DNA of 64,000 nucleotides from Brevundimonas sp. (GTDB lineage: Bacteria > Pseudomonadota > Alphaproteobacteria > Caulobacterales > Caulobacteraceae): the NCBI RefSeq assembly GCF_041911375.1, contig NZ_JAYRPA010000074.1, forward strand, positions 36,273 through 100,272, read 5' to 3'. This document shows positions 10,501-21,099 of this stretch, in pieces; position 1 is the stretch's first letter; every line of letters begins with the position of its first letter. The notes beneath the pieces were generated by a model. That model was not told where the DNA came from and did no database searches. It was given only the letters and a program-made list of their open reading frames with translations. Made by a program: the position numbers and the translations under genes.

Positions 10501-11411
10501 GCTGGCGCGACGACCTTCCCCCGGTTCGCGGCAAACTGCTGCGTGACGAGCCGCTGGGCCCCTACACCTGGTTTCGTGTGGGCGGGGCCGCGGATGCCCT
10601 GTTCATTCCGGCCGATGCGGACGATCTCGCAGCCTTTTTGACAGCACTGGACCCTGGCGTTCCGGTGACGGTTCTGGGCGTCGGGTCGAACGTGATCGTC
10701 CGCGACGGCGGGGTCGAGGGCGTGGTGATCCGTCTGGCGGGCCGCGCCTGGGGGCAGGTGACGACCGAAGGGCTTGCCGTCACCGCGGGGGCGGGCGCGC
10801 TGGACAGCATGGTTGCGCGCGCCGCGGCCAGGGCGGGGATCGCGGGCCTGGAGTTCTATGCAGGAATCCCCGGCTCGATCGGCGGCGCGCTGACCATGAA
10901 CGCCGGCTGCTACGGCGCGGAGACCAAGGACGTGCTGGTGTCGGCCTGGGGGCTGACGCGGTCGGGCGAACGGGTCGACTACGCCCTGGCCGACTTCGGC
11001 TACACCTATCGCCATTCCGAGGCGCCGGCCGACATCATCTGGGGGGAAGCGACCTTCCGCGGCGCGGCGGACGAGCCCGCCGCCGTACAAGCCCGCATCG
11101 ACGAGATCACCAGCCGTCGCGAACAGACGCAGCCCATCCGCGAGAAGACCGGCGGCTCCACCTTCAAGAACCCGCCAGGCCATTCGTCATGGAAGCTGGT
11201 CGACGAGGCGGGCTGGCGCGGCCGGCTGCACGCCGTCACCGGCGGCGGGGCGATGTTCAGCGACCTGCACGCCAACTTCATGATCAACCCCGGCGAGGCG
11301 ACGGCGGCCGACATCGAAGGACTGGGCGAGGCCGTGCGCGCCGACGTCCTGGCCAAGACCGGCGTCCAGCTGGACTGGGAAATCCGGCGGATCGGTCGCG
11401 CGGGCGCCTGA
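10497..11411 (+). CDS. murB: UDP-N-acetylenolpyruvoylglucosamine reductase
   Basis: In frame within ORF 10407..11411, starting [36 protein letters not shown]. Motifs are [12 protein letters not shown] and [10 protein letters not shown]. Confidence 0.92.
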   Translation: MSWRDDLPPVRGKLLRDEPLGPYTWFRVGGAADALFIPADADDLAAFLTALDPGVPVTVLGVGSNVIVRDGGVEGVVIRLAGRAWGQVTTEGLAVTAGAGALDSMVARAAARAGIAGLEFYAGIPGSIGGALTMNAGCYGAETKDVLVSAWGLTRSGERVDYALADFGYTYRHSEAPADIIWGEATFRGAADEPAAVQARIDEITSRREQTQPIREKTGGSTFKNPPGHSSWKLVDEAGWRGRLHAVTGGGAMFSDLHANFMINPGEATAADIEGLGEAVRADVLAKTGVQLDWEIRRIGRAGA

Positions 11412-11524
11412 TCGCCGCTGCGCCGGCCTGGGGAAAGATCTAGGATGGGGCGGGTCCGGCCCTGTTTGGTTGACGCGCTGTTAACGACCTCTGGGCCATC
11501 GCTGCGGACAGTCCGGAGTCCACG

Positions 11525-12466
11525 ATGAACCGCCCCCTTTCCGACCTGCATGTCGCCGTCCTGATGGGCGGGATTTCGGCGGAGCGGCAGGTGTCCCTGT
11601 CGTCGGGCGAAGAGTGCGCCAAGGCGCTGGAGCGGCAGGGCGCGCGGGTCAGCCGCGTCGACGCAGGCCGCGATCTGGCCAATGTGCTGTCCGGCCTGAT
11701 CCGTCCCGACGTCGCGCTGAACTGCCTGCATGGCGCGTGGGGCGAGGACGGCTGCGTCCAGGGCGTGCTGGAAACGCTGCAGATCCCCTACACCCATTCC
11801 GGCGTCCTGGCCTCGGCGCTGGCGATGGACAAGGACAAGTCCAAGGCGGTGCTGAAGGCTGCGGGGCTGAAGGTGCCCGGAGGCGGCCTGTTCGACCGGC
11901 GCGAGGTCGCGTCCCGCCACGTCATCGCGCCGCCTTATGTGGTCAAGCCGAACGCCGAGGGGTCGTCGGTGGGCGTCTATCTGGTGCGCGAAGGCGCCAA
12001 TGACTTCGCCTCCGAGGTCGGCGCCGCCGACTGGACCTACGGCGAGCGGGTGATGGTCGAACCCTTCATTCCGGGCAAGGAGCTAGCGGTCACCGTCCTG
12101 GGCGAAAAGGCCGGTCCGCGCGCCCTGACCGTCACCGACATCACGCCGAAGAAGGGCTTCTACGACTACGAAGCCAAGTACGCGAAGGGCGGCTCGGTGC
12201 ACGTTCTGCCGGCGGTCCTCCCCTCGCACGTCTCCGAGGCGGCGCTGCGCCAGGCCGAGCAGGCGCATGCGGCCATGGGTTGCAAGGGCGTGTCCAGAAC
12301 CGACTTCCGTTATGACGATGTTAAGGACGATCTGGTCCTGTTGGAGGTCAACACGCAGCCCGGCATGACGCCGACCTCGCTCGCTCCCGAGCAGGCCGCC
12401 CACGTCGGAATGAGCTACGAAGACCTGGTTCGGTGGATGGTGGAGGACGCCTCATGCCCGCGGTAG
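11525..12466 (+). CDS. ddl: D-alanine--D-alanine ligase
   Basis: ORF 11525..12466 shows an ATP-grasp pattern: [59 protein letters not shown]. Confidence 0.93.
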   Translation: MNRPLSDLHVAVLMGGISAERQVSLSSGEECAKALERQGARVSRVDAGRDLANVLSGLIRPDVALNCLHGAWGEDGCVQGVLETLQIPYTHSGVLASALAMDKDKSKAVLKAAGLKVPGGGLFDRREVASRHVIAPPYVVKPNAEGSSVGVYLVREGANDFASEVGAADWTYGERVMVEPFIPGKELAVTVLGEKAGPRALTVTDITPKKGFYDYEAKYAKGGSVHVLPAVLPSHVSEAALRQAEQAHAAMGCKGVSRTDFRYDDVKDDLVLLEVNTQPGMTPTSLAPEQAAHVGMSYEDLVRWMVEDASCPR

Positions 12467-13332
12467 TTCGCGGCGGTCGGCGACAGAATTCGGCGCAGTC
12501 TCCTCGACGCGCGGCCGCGCCCAAGGGCCGGGCGGGCGGTCGTGGGAACGCTGCGGCCGTTCCCGGCAAGATGGCCGCCATCGGCCGCATCGACCTGTCG
12601 CCCCGGGCGGTGGTGATCACGCTGGCGGCGGGCGCCCTGGTCGTGGCCGGCGTGCTGGCGACCGGCGCCCGCGCCGAGCGGATCGGCCAGTCGGTCTCCG
12701 GCGGCCTGGACCGCGTCACCACCGGCATGGGGCTGACGCTGAAGCGCGTGCACATCACCGGCGCCTCGCCCGAGGCGGAGCCGGCCATCCAGCGGGCCTT
12801 GGGCCTGCACGCCGATCAGCCCATCGTGAGTCTGGATCTGGACGCCCTGCGCGACCGGGTGCAGTCGGTCGGCTGGGTCAAGGAGGCGCGCGTGGTGCGT
12901 CTGTTGCCCGACACCCTGATCGTCGAGGTCAAGGAGCACGACCGTCTGGCGGTGTGGCAGGTGGACGGCCAGATCAAGGTCATCGACGCGGCCGGCAGGG
13001 TGATCGAAGGCGCCGACGCGCGCCGCTATCCGGCCCTGCCGCTGGTCGTGGGACGCGGCGCCGACGGGGCGGCCGGCGATATTCTGCCGCTGCTGGCCCA
13101 GCGCCCGCGCCTGATGGGGCGGATCGACGCCCTGGTGCGCGTGGACGAGCGCCGCTGGGACCTGAGGCTGAAGGACGGCGGGCTGATCCAGCTGCCGGCC
13201 GTTGAACAAGAGGCGGCCCTGATCCGCCTGGATGCGCTGGATCAGCGCGAACGTCTGCTCGACCTGGGCTTCGCCCGCGTCGATCTGAGAACGCCCGAAG
13301 CGGTCGCGGTGCGCCCGACCGGCGACGTTTGA
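12454..13332 (+). CDS. ftsQ: Cell division protein FtsQ
   Basis: ORF 12433..13332. The second Met (12454) was chosen; it overlaps the ddl stop. It has a basic N-terminus, one TM segment ([17 protein letters not shown]), then a POTRA-like segment ([24 protein letters not shown]). It sits between ddl and ftsA. Confidence 0.85.
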   Translation: MPAVVRGGRRQNSAQSPRRAAAPKGRAGGRGNAAAVPGKMAAIGRIDLSPRAVVITLAAGALVVAGVLATGARAERIGQSVSGGLDRVTTGMGLTLKRVHITGASPEAEPAIQRALGLHADQPIVSLDLDALRDRVQSVGWVKEARVVRLLPDTLIVEVKEHDRLAVWQVDGQIKVIDAAGRVIEGADARRYPALPLVVGRGADGAAGDILPLLAQRPRLMGRIDALVRVDERRWDLRLKDGGLIQLPAVEQEAALIRLDALDQRERLLDLGFARVDLRTPEAVAVRPTGDV

Positions 13333-13351
13333 CCAAGGAACAAGAACTGAG

Positions 13352-14689
13352 ATGGCGGGCAAGCAGCGCACGGCGGCGAACGATCAGGGCAGGGGCATGG
13401 ACCCCCGGGGCGGCCGCGCGCCAGTGGTCGCGGCGCTCGACATCGGCCATTCCAAGGTCTCGTGCTTCATCATGAAGCCAGAGGGCGTGCGCCACGCCGA
13501 CCGCACCATTCGAGTCGCCGGCGCCAGCCACGTGCAGTCCAAGGGCGTCAAGGGCGGCGCGATCATCAACATGGACGAGGCCGCCCAGGCCATCGGCCAC
13601 GCCGTCGAACGCGCCGAGCGCGCGGCCCAGAGCCCGGTTTCGGGCGTGGTCGTGACGACGGCGATGGGTCAGATGGCCAGCCATCGGGTTCAGGCGCGCG
13701 TGTCGCTGGGGGCCAATCCGGTCGGAGACGCCGACCTGGCGCGCGCCATCGGCATGGCGCTGGCGCAAATCCGCCTGCCCAACCGCCGGCCGATCCATGT
13801 CCTGCCCATCGCCTGGTCGGTGGACGGGGCGCGCGGCGTCCACGATCCGCGCGCCATGCGGGGCGGGTCGCTGGGGCTGGACCTGCTGGTCGTGTCGATG
13901 TCCGAGAGCGTCTTCACGACCCTGAGCCATTGCCTGGAGCTGGCGCATCTGGACCTGCAGGGCGTGGCCGCCGCGCCGGTCGTCTCCTCTCTCGCCGCGC
14001 TGGAAGACGACGAGATGGACCTGGGGTGCGTCTGCATCGACATGGGCGGCGGTTCGACCAGCGCCGCGGTCTGGGGCGGGCGTTCGCTGCTTCACATCGA
14101 AAGCCTGAACGTCGGCGGCGACCATGTCACCAGCGACATCGCGCGCGGCCTGTCGACCTCCAAGGCCGGGGCCGAGCGGCTCAAGACCCTGCATGGTTCG
14201 GCCATGGCCAGCGCCAACGAGGACCGCGAGATGCTGGAGGCGCCGCCGCGCGGCGAGGACGCCTCGGCCGGACCGGTCATCGTGCCGCGCGCCATGCTGA
14301 AGACCGTGATCGCCCCGCGCGTGGAAGAGACGCTGGAGCTGCTGCGCGATCGCTTGAAGGCGGCCGGCGTAGGCCTGGAGCCCGGCGCGGGCCTGGTCCT
14401 GACCGGCGGCGCCAGCCAGTTGAACGGCGTACGCGAGTTGGCCGTGCGCGTATTCGACCGTCCGGTCCGCCTCGGAAAACCCCAACGGGCGCCACATTTG
14501 GCCGACGCCGCCTCCGGCCCCGCCTTCTGCGCCACCTCCGGCGTTCTGCTCCGCGCCGCCTACGGCCCGCGAGAAGCCGTCTCCGCCCGCAAACTGATGG
14601 CCCGCCAGATCACCGCAGCGGATGCGCCTCGGGTCCACCGCGGCAACGTTGTCGGCCGCGTGGCGGGCTGGCTGCGGGATAACTTATAG
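13352..14689 (+). CDS. ftsA: Cell division protein FtsA
   Basis: ORF 13352..14689 has the actin-like ATPase pattern: VAALDIGHSKVSCFI, IDMGGGSTSAAV, GLVLTGGASQLNGV. Confidence 0.92.
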   Translation: MAGKQRTAANDQGRGMDPRGGRAPVVAALDIGHSKVSCFIMKPEGVRHADRTIRVAGASHVQSKGVKGGAIINMDEAAQAIGHAVERAERAAQSPVSGVVVTTAMGQMASHRVQARVSLGANPVGDADLARAIGMALAQIRLPNRRPIHVLPIAWSVDGARGVHDPRAMRGGSLGLDLLVVSMSESVFTTLSHCLELAHLDLQGVAAAPVVSSLAALEDDEMDLGCVCIDMGGGSTSAAVWGGRSLLHIESLNVGGDHVTSDIARGLSTSKAGAERLKTLHGSAMASANEDREMLEAPPRGEDASAGPVIVPRAMLKTVIAPRVEETLELLRDRLKAAGVGLEPGAGLVLTGGASQLNGVRELAVRVFDRPVRLGKPQRAPHLADAASGPAFCATSGVLLRAAYGPREAVSARKLMARQITAADAPRVHRGNVVGRVAGWLRDNL

Positions 14690-14915
14690 GCTCGCCTCAC
14701 CGAAGCTTGTATCAGCTTCTACTGGGAGTCCGCGCTCGCCGTGGCGGCTACCCTGTCAGCCAAATAACTGTGTCGTGGCTGTAACATAACGGACATTTGG
14801 TGGCCTGGTTTTGGTCGCAATGGTTGTGCGTTTGCCTCATTTCATTACACCTGTGCCCTCAGTGCGGGTCCGCTTCGGCTCGCGTTGGCAATTTGATTGA
14901 TTGGGGCATGCCATA

Positions 14916-17900
14916 ATGACGCTCAAGCGTAACCACCTTTTCACCACCACGATTCTCGCCGGTGTACTTACGGTATCGGCCCCCGCCTGGGCGCAGGTTC
15001 AGCAGCCCGCTGCAGAGTCTCAAGCCACAGAAGTCGAAGAGATTGTGGTGACGGGTTCACGGATCCGTCGCGACCCCGTCACCGCGCCGACCCCGCTGAT
15101 CCAAGTGGATCGTGAGACCCTGCTCACGACAGGCCAGAATACCGTCATCGACTATCTGGCCACGATCCCCGCCCTGATGAACTCGCAGGTCCCGTCGGAC
15201 ACGACCGCCGGTGTCCTGAACGCCGGCGGCCTGTCGCTGCCGAACCTGCGCTCGCTCGGCTCTGGACGCACCTTGACCCTCGTTGACGGTCGGCGCCATG
15301 TCGGATCCCCGCAAGGAACGCTGGCCGTGGACGTCGACACGATTCCCCGCCTTCTGATCGAGAGCGTGGAGATCGTCACCGGCGGCGCGGCCTCGGTCTA
15401 TGGCGCCGACGCCGTATCGGGCGTGCTGAACTTCAAGCTTCGCAAGGATTTCGAAGGCCTGGAGGTCGACACCCGTTGGGCGCAGCTGAACGACGGCGGG
15501 CAAGACTCCAAGCGCTTTTCCGTGTTGGCCGGCAAGAATCTGTTCGACGATCGCCTGAACGTCTATGGCTTCGCGGAATACGAAGAGCTGGATGAAGTGC
15601 TGGCGGCCGATATCGATTGGCTCCAGGGCGGATGGGGCTTGGTCGGGCGCGACGCCGATACGGCCGCCGCCTCCTATGACGGCATCACCGACTCAATGCT
15701 CTACAAGGATCGTCGGACGCTCCAGCTGCTTCGCTGGGGCCAGGTCACTTTGGCCAACAACTACCAGCCCAGCGCGCTGAACAACCCCAACACCATTCCT
15801 ACGGGTCAGTGCACCAGCACGTCCATCACCTCGGCCTCCTGCTTCGGCGTCGCCCCCGGCAAGACCTGGGTGTTTGATGGTCCCAATGCTCGTCTCGCCG
15901 ACTTCGGAAACTGGGTTCAACAAACGGGGACCAACCGTGTGGTCAACGTGGGCGGGGATGGAGAGAACCCGAACATCATCTTCAACGTCGACTCGACGTT
16001 GCCGAAGTCTGAAAATGCGCGCTTCCAGACGGGCGCGAACTTCAAAGTCACGAACAACATCAACCTCTATGTCGAAGCGAAGTATGTGGATGAAACCACC
16101 AACCTCGCTACCGGCTATTCGTTCGGCGACATCTACATTTCAGACTCGCTGAACCCTGCAAACTCGATGCAGATTCTCAGCACGTCCGCCTATACGACGC
16201 GCACGGACAATGCGTTCCTTCCCGCCAATCTGGCCGCGGCTATCCGGGCGAACACGACTCCAGTTTACGGCTCAGCGACGGCTACGGCCCCCGGCGCTCA
16301 AACCGGAACTACGGCTGCGCCCTTCGCACGGTACAGCGCCTGGCTTCTGGACCGTCCGCAGACCAACGAGAAACAGGTTCAGCGTTACGTCGCCGGCTTG
16401 AATGGTTCCGCCGGTGATCTGGGCTTCGTCAAGAACATCGACTGGGATATCGGCTACACCTATGGCCGGATGGACAACAAGAACGTTGAACGCGGCCTTG
16501 ACATCGAGCGGTTCTCCTACGCCATGGACGCCGTCCGGAACGCGTCCGGCGATATCGTTTGCCGGGTTCAGGCCCTGACCGCCAACGGCGGAACGGTCAC
16601 CAGCCGCAACCCCAACGTTCCCGGCACCTTGAATGCACAGTCAGCGGTCGTTCAGAACTGTAAGCCGCTGAACGTCTTCGGTTTGGGCAACCAGAGCGAA
16701 GAAGCGCTTCAGTACGTGCGCGCTCAGCTGACCATCGATCAGATCAACGAGCAGCACGACGCTCTGGGGACGGTCTCGGGACAACTGTGGGACTTCTGGG
16801 GCGCCGGCGCCATCGGCGTGGCTTTGGGCGCGGAATATCGCCGGGAATACACGGAAGGCACCGGGCGCAGCCGCTCGTTGGGCACAACCTACGCTCAGCT
16901 GAACAGTGGGGCCGACTTCCTGCCGGCTTCCTATGAGACAAAGGAAGCCTTCGCCGAACTGTCGATTCCGCTGATCCGCGACAGCTTCTTGGGAGAATAT
17001 GCCGAAATCAGCGGGTCTTACCGCTACAGTGACTTCTCGACCTTCGGCGGGAGCGATGTCTATGGCGTCAACCTTGTCTATCGTCCGATAAGGGACATCG
17101 CCTTCAAGACCTCGTTCAACACCTCCGTCCGCGCACCGACGCTCTCTGAAACGAACTCGCCTCAGACCCAAACCTTCCTGTCCTTCAACGATCCCTGCGC
17201 CACCGTGACCATCCAAAACCTGGCGGATCGCGAGCGGGCCGCTAACCGGATCGTGAACTGCGCTGCTTTGGCTCAGCAGTTCGGTCTCACCTTCAACTTC
17301 CAAGATCCGACGGCCGCCAACGCCTATCGTCCCGAATATGGATCCAGCGTCGCAGGTCGCAACGGCGGCAATCCGGACCTTCAGCCTGAAGAGTCGGAAT
17401 CGTTCACCTTCTCGACTGTCCTTCAGCCGCGCTTCATCCCGAACTTCTCGCTGGTGCTCGACTATTACGAAATCACTATCGATAAGGTCATCGCGGCCGT
17501 TAGCGCTCAGGTCGCCGCAGAAAACTGCGTCAACGGGCCGTCGCTGAATACCAGCGCTTGCCAAACCCTGACGAGAACGGGCACGAACGACCCAGCGACT
17601 CCTCGGGATGATCGGTTCTTGCTGGTGGATTTCCTCCAGAGCTCGATCAACTACGCGAAACGCAACGTGCGTGGTCTGGATTTCACCACGAACTACCGCT
17701 TCGACACCCAGGAAATGCTGGGCCGCAACTGGGGTGAGTTCTCTCATTCTCTCAATGGGTCTTGGCTGATTGAGCAGAAAAACTTCAACAACATCGAAAA
17801 CCCGAATGATTTTACGGAGCTGTCTAGCACGCTGTTCTATCCGCGCGTTCGCTTCACGTCTCAGCTGACTTGGCAGACGCCAATCGAAGCGCTTCGTCTT

Positions 17901-18179
17901 TCGTGGACTGCGGACTGGCAGACCGCACAGGACATCGTCCAGCGTCGTGATTTTGTTCAGAACGCCGATTCCCGGGACATGAAGTATTTGGATACAAAGA
18001 ACTTCATGCGGAACGACTTCTCGGCGCGTTACCAGGTTCGCGATGATCTGTCGGTGACCGCCACGGTCCAGAACGCCTTCGACGCCGAACAAGCGCGCTG
18101 GCTCGGGGCGACGTTGTATTCCAACTTCGACCCCTACGGCCGTCGTTACTCCATCAGCCTGAACTATCGTCCCTGGTAA
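14916..18179 (+). CDS. TonB-dependent outer-membrane receptor (1,087 aa), substrate unknown
   Basis: ORF 14901..18179, with ATG at 14916 giving MTLKRNHLFTTTILAGVLTVSAPAWAQ (signal). The plug region reads EEIVVTGSRIRR...TLTLVDGRRH...VEIVTGGAASVYGADAVSGVLNF, followed by a long beta-barrel ending in an aromatic residue (NYRPW). GC content is markedly lower than in neighbouring genes. Confidence 0.9.
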   Translation: MTLKRNHLFTTTILAGVLTVSAPAWAQVQQPAAESQATEVEEIVVTGSRIRRDPVTAPTPLIQVDRETLLTTGQNTVIDYLATIPALMNSQVPSDTTAGVLNAGGLSLPNLRSLGSGRTLTLVDGRRHVGSPQGTLAVDVDTIPRLLIESVEIVTGGAASVYGADAVSGVLNFKLRKDFEGLEVDTRWAQLNDGGQDSKRFSVLAGKNLFDDRLNVYGFAEYEELDEVLAADIDWLQGGWGLVGRDADTAAASYDGITDSMLYKDRRTLQLLRWGQVTLANNYQPSALNNPNTIPTGQCTSTSITSASCFGVAPGKTWVFDGPNARLADFGNWVQQTGTNRVVNVGGDGENPNIIFNVDSTLPKSENARFQTGANFKVTNNINLYVEAKYVDETTNLATGYSFGDIYISDSLNPANSMQILSTSAYTTRTDNAFLPANLAAAIRANTTPVYGSATATAPGAQTGTTAAPFARYSAWLLDRPQTNEKQVQRYVAGLNGSAGDLGFVKNIDWDIGYTYGRMDNKNVERGLDIERFSYAMDAVRNASGDIVCRVQALTANGGTVTSRNPNVPGTLNAQSAVVQNCKPLNVFGLGNQSEEALQYVRAQLTIDQINEQHDALGTVSGQLWDFWGAGAIGVALGAEYRREYTEGTGRSRSLGTTYAQLNSGADFLPASYETKEAFAELSIPLIRDSFLGEYAEISGSYRYSDFSTFGGSDVYGVNLVYRPIRDIAFKTSFNTSVRAPTLSETNSPQTQTFLSFNDPCATVTIQNLADRERAANRIVNCAALAQQFGLTFNFQDPTAANAYRPEYGSSVAGRNGGNPDLQPEESESFTFSTVLQPRFIPNFSLVLDYYEITIDKVIAAVSAQVAAENCVNGPSLNTSACQTLTRTGTNDPATPRDDRFLLVDFLQSSINYAKRNVRGLDFTTNYRFDTQEMLGRNWGEFSHSLNGSWLIEQKNFNNIENPNDFTELSSTLFYPRVRFTSQLTWQTPIEALRLSWTADWQTAQDIVQRRDFVQNADSRDMKYLDTKNFMRNDFSARYQVRDDLSVTATVQNAFDAEQARWLGATLYSNFDPYGRRYSISLNYRPW

Positions 18180-18200
18180 TCGGCGAACAAATGATGGAAT

Positions 18201-18233
18201 GGGGGCGGCCTTAACGGGCCGCCCCTTTTCTTT
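18201..18233 (+). terminator. Rho-independent terminator after the receptor gene
   Basis: GGGGCGGCC (18202-18210) pairs with GGCCGCCCC (18217-18225) across a 6-nt loop, followed by TTTTCTTT. Confidence 0.8.
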
Positions 18234-18329
18234 GCCCGAAAACTTCGGCCAAGCTTCCCTTTAAGGGTGGCGAGAGCCCCGACTCATATTATCGCCGTAA
18301 CCTTCTCTTAACCCTCATGGGCGCACTCC

Positions 18330-18345
18330 TTAACGCGCTCATAAC
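18330..18345 (+). promoter_or_regulatory. CtrA-box-like motif upstream of ftsZ, flanked by GANTC sites
   Basis: TTAA-CGCGCTC-ATAAC differs by one mismatch from TTAA-N7-TTAAC and lies 62 nt before the ftsZ ATG. Another TTAAC is at 18308-18312. GANTC sites are GACTC at 18281-18285 and GATTC at 18352-18356. Confidence 0.4.
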
Positions 18346-18407
18346 CAATGCGATTCGGCGGGGCGTTCGCTTGGTTTCCGAGGCAGGGTCGGAAGGTCGG
18401 AAAAATA

Positions 18408-19997
18408 ATGTCACTCTCGCTGGTCAAGCCGCAACACACTGAACTGAAGCCCCGGATCGTCGTTTTCGGCGTCGGCGGGGCGGGCGGCAACGCCGTCAAC
18501 AACATGATCGACGCCGGTCTTGAGGGCGTCGAATTCGTGGTGGCCAACACCGACGCGCAGCACCTGAGCTTCGCCAAGACGGACCGCCGCATCCAGCTGG
18601 GTGAGACGATCACGCAAGGGCTGGGCGCGGGCGCTCACCCCGAGGTCGGCATGAACGCCGCCGAAGAGAGCGCCGACGAGATCCATGCGCACCTGGAAGG
18701 CGCGCACATGGTCTTCATCACCGCCGGCATGGGCGGCGGCACCGGCACGGGCGCTGCGCCCATCATCGCCAAGTGCGCGCGTGATCGCGGCATCCTGACC
18801 GTCGGCGTGGTGACCAAGCCCTTCACCTTCGAGGGCCGCCACCGGATGCGCCTGGCCGACGCCGGCATCGCCGAGCTGCAGCGCTATGTCGACACGCTGA
18901 TCGTCATTCCGAATCAGAACCTGTTCCGCGTCGCTAACGAACGCACGACCTTCGCCGACGCCTTCGGCATGGCCGACCAGGTTCTGCACTCGGGCGTGCG
19001 TTCGATCACCGACCTGATGATCCTGCCGGGCCTGATCAACCTGGACTTCGCCGACGTGCGCGCCGTCATGTCCGAGATGGGCAAGGCGATGATGGGCACC
19101 GGAGAGGCCTCGGGCGACGACCGCGCCCTGCTGGCCGCCCAGAACGCCATCGCCAATCCGCTGCTGGACGAGACCAGCCTGAAGGGCGCCAAGGCCGTGC
19201 TGGTCAACATCACCGGCGGCCTGGACATGACCCTGCTGGAAGTCGACGAGGCCGCCAACGCCATTTCGGCCGAGGTGGACGGCGACGCCAACATCATCTT
19301 CGGCGCCGCATTCGATCCGGCGCTGGAAGGCAAGATCCGCGTCTCGGTGGTCGCCACGGGCATGGACGAGGGCGAGGTCAAGCGCATCGAGCCGATCGCG
19401 CCCGCGACCGGGACCGGTTCGCCCCTGGCCAACCACGACGCCCGTCGTTCGGCCGGCGGCCTTTATGGAACCGCAGCCCAACGCCCCGAGCCCGCCCGCG
19501 ACGCCTGGCGCGAGCCGACCCGCGCCGAGGCGACACGTGCGCCTGAGCCGACCGTCGCCCCCGCCGCTCCCGCTTACGAGCCGCCCGTGGCCCGCGCGCC
19601 CGAGCCCGCCCCCGCGCCGGAGCCGCGTATCGAGGTTCGCCCCGAGCCGGTGATCCGCGTGGCGGACGAGCAGCCCCAGGCGCGCAGCCTGGATCCGATC
19701 GTCGATCCGTGGGTCGAGGAATACGAGACGACGCGCAAGCCTGCTCCGTCACAGCCGGCCGCCCAGGCCGACTTGTATGATCGCGCCGAGCCGGTTGACG
19801 ACTATGACGACCGGGATCATCGCCGCAGCGGCTGGAGCCTGTTCGGCCGCAAGCGGGCGCAGGCTCCGCAACCGACCTATGCGCCGCGCCCGACCGCGGG
19901 CGCCCGAACGGCCGCCCAGCCGGCACCCGAGCCGGAGGCCGGTCAGGCCGACGACGATCTGGAGATTCCCTCTTTTCTCCGACGTCTGGCGAACTAG
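18408..19997 (+). CDS. ftsZ: Cell division GTPase FtsZ
   Basis: In frame within ORF 18348..19997, starting [30 protein letters not shown]. It carries the tubulin signature [10 protein letters not shown], a long Pro/Glu/Ala-rich linker, and the conserved C-terminal peptide [14 protein letters not shown]. Confidence 0.95.
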   Translation: MSLSLVKPQHTELKPRIVVFGVGGAGGNAVNNMIDAGLEGVEFVVANTDAQHLSFAKTDRRIQLGETITQGLGAGAHPEVGMNAAEESADEIHAHLEGAHMVFITAGMGGGTGTGAAPIIAKCARDRGILTVGVVTKPFTFEGRHRMRLADAGIAELQRYVDTLIVIPNQNLFRVANERTTFADAFGMADQVLHSGVRSITDLMILPGLINLDFADVRAVMSEMGKAMMGTGEASGDDRALLAAQNAIANPLLDETSLKGAKAVLVNITGGLDMTLLEVDEAANAISAEVDGDANIIFGAAFDPALEGKIRVSVVATGMDEGEVKRIEPIAPATGTGSPLANHDARRSAGGLYGTAAQRPEPARDAWREPTRAEATRAPEPTVAPAAPAYEPPVARAPEPAPAPEPRIEVRPEPVIRVADEQPQARSLDPIVDPWVEEYETTRKPAPSQPAAQADLYDRAEPVDDYDDRDHRRSGWSLFGRKRAQAPQPTYAPRPTAGARTAAQPAPEPEAGQADDDLEIPSFLRRLAN

Positions 19998-20025
19998 GCG
20001 TTAGGACCGACAAGTCCTGATCTGG

Positions 20026-20059
20026 AAAGGGCGGCCGCAGGGTCGCCCTTTTTCATTTG
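20026..20059 (+). terminator. Rho-independent terminator after ftsZ
   Basis: AAAGGGCG (20026-20033) pairs with CGCCCTTT (20044-20051), followed by TTTTCATTT. Confidence 0.75.
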
Positions 20060-20193
20060 CGTGGGCCCTCATTGTCGCCCCGGCTACGGAAACAATCCGA
20101 AACCCGACTTTCATTTTCTCCTTGCTGGCCGGCCGCTAGATCAGCGGTGAGGCGCAATCCGCACGCAGAGGCGGAAGCGCGCAGACAGAGAGT

Positions 20194-21099
20194 TTGAGCT
20201 TGCCGGTCATCCACGACCATCACGAACGCACCCTCGTCGCGCCTGCGATCATCGCCGGCGTGGGCGTGCACACGGGCCGCCGCGTACGCCTGGCCGTGCG
20301 TCCCGCCCCGGCCGGAACGGGCATCGTCTTCGTGCGGACCGACGTGACGGACCGCGACAACCGCATCCCTGTGTCGGGCGAGGCGGTGGTCGATGCGCGA
20401 CTGAACACCATGATCGCCAACGCCGACGACGTGCGGCTGTCGACCATCGAGCACCTGATGGCGGCCTTCGCGGCCCTGGGCGTGTCCAACGCCGTCATCG
20501 AGGTCGACGGACCCGAACTGCCGATCCTGGACGGGTCGGCGCGGGACTTCGTCAACCTGCTGGACCGGGCGGGCTTCCGTCGTCAGCCGACGCCGGTGCG
20601 CTACATCGAGATCCTGGAGCCGATCCAGGTGGAAGAGGGCGACAAGCGCGCCGCGCTCCTGCCCTGCGATCGCTACGAGATGCGCATGGAGATCGACTTT
20701 CCGTCGGCCGCCATCGGCAACCAGGTGGTGGACTTCGTCGTCGACGAGGCGACCTTCCGCACCGAGATCATGGCCGCGCGCACCTTCGGCTTCGCCCATG
20801 AGGTGGAGGCCCTGCGCCAGGCCGGCCTGGCCCGCGGCGGCTCGCTGGAGAACGCCGTGGTCATCGACGGCGACGACATCCTGAACCCCGGCGGCCTGCG
20901 CATGGAGCGCGAGTTCGTGCGGCACAAGGCGCTGGACGCCATCGGCGACCTCTATGTGCTGGGCGCGCCGATCCTGGGCCGGTACGAAGGCTACAAGGCC
21001 GGACACGCCCTGAACAACAAGCTGGTCCGCGCCCTTCTGGCCGCGCCGCACGCCTGGCGCGAGGCCGTCCGCGTACCGGAACTGGCCCAGGCGGGCTAA
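20194..21099 (+). CDS. lpxC: UDP-3-O-acyl-N-acetylglucosamine deacetylase
   Basis: ORF 20194..21099 with a TTG start. Motifs are GVGVHTGRRVRLAVRPAPAGTGIVF, STIEHLMAAFAALGV and HKALDAIGDLY. It follows ftsZ, as in many proteobacteria. Confidence 0.92.
   Translation: MSLPVIHDHHERTLVAPAIIAGVGVHTGRRVRLAVRPAPAGTGIVFVRTDVTDRDNRIPVSGEAVVDARLNTMIANADDVRLSTIEHLMAAFAALGVSNAVIEVDGPELPILDGSARDFVNLLDRAGFRRQPTPVRYIEILEPIQVEEGDKRAALLPCDRYEMRMEIDFPSAAIGNQVVDFVVDEATFRTEIMAARTFGFAHEVEALRQAGLARGGSLENAVVIDGDDILNPGGLRMEREFVRHKALDAIGDLYVLGAPILGRYEGYKAGHALNNKLVRALLAAPHAWREAVRVPELAQAG

Noticed and set aside
14820-14900. A 26-codon upstream ORF (MVVRLPHFITPVPSVRVRFGSRWQFD) ending 15 nt before the receptor ATG, considered as a possible leader peptide.
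   Set aside because: It has no Shine-Dalgarno-like sequence, no recognisable attenuator structure, and nothing to compare it against. It cannot be supported from sequence alone.
14690-14915. A possible riboswitch (cobalamin, TPP or similar) or Fur box in the 226-nt leader of the inserted receptor.
   Set aside because: I could not find the B12-box, the TPP CUGAGA/ACCUGA elements, or a Fur-like 19-bp palindrome by eye. A covariance-model scan (Rfam) would be needed to be sure.
16641-18092. A 483-aa minus-strand ORF inside the lower-GC receptor gene, where long chance ORFs are less expected.
   Set aside because: It has no recognisable domain, signal or start context. The plus-strand frame encodes a complete receptor with signal, plug, barrel and aromatic terminus. 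It is still judged a shadow frame, although it is the least trivial one.
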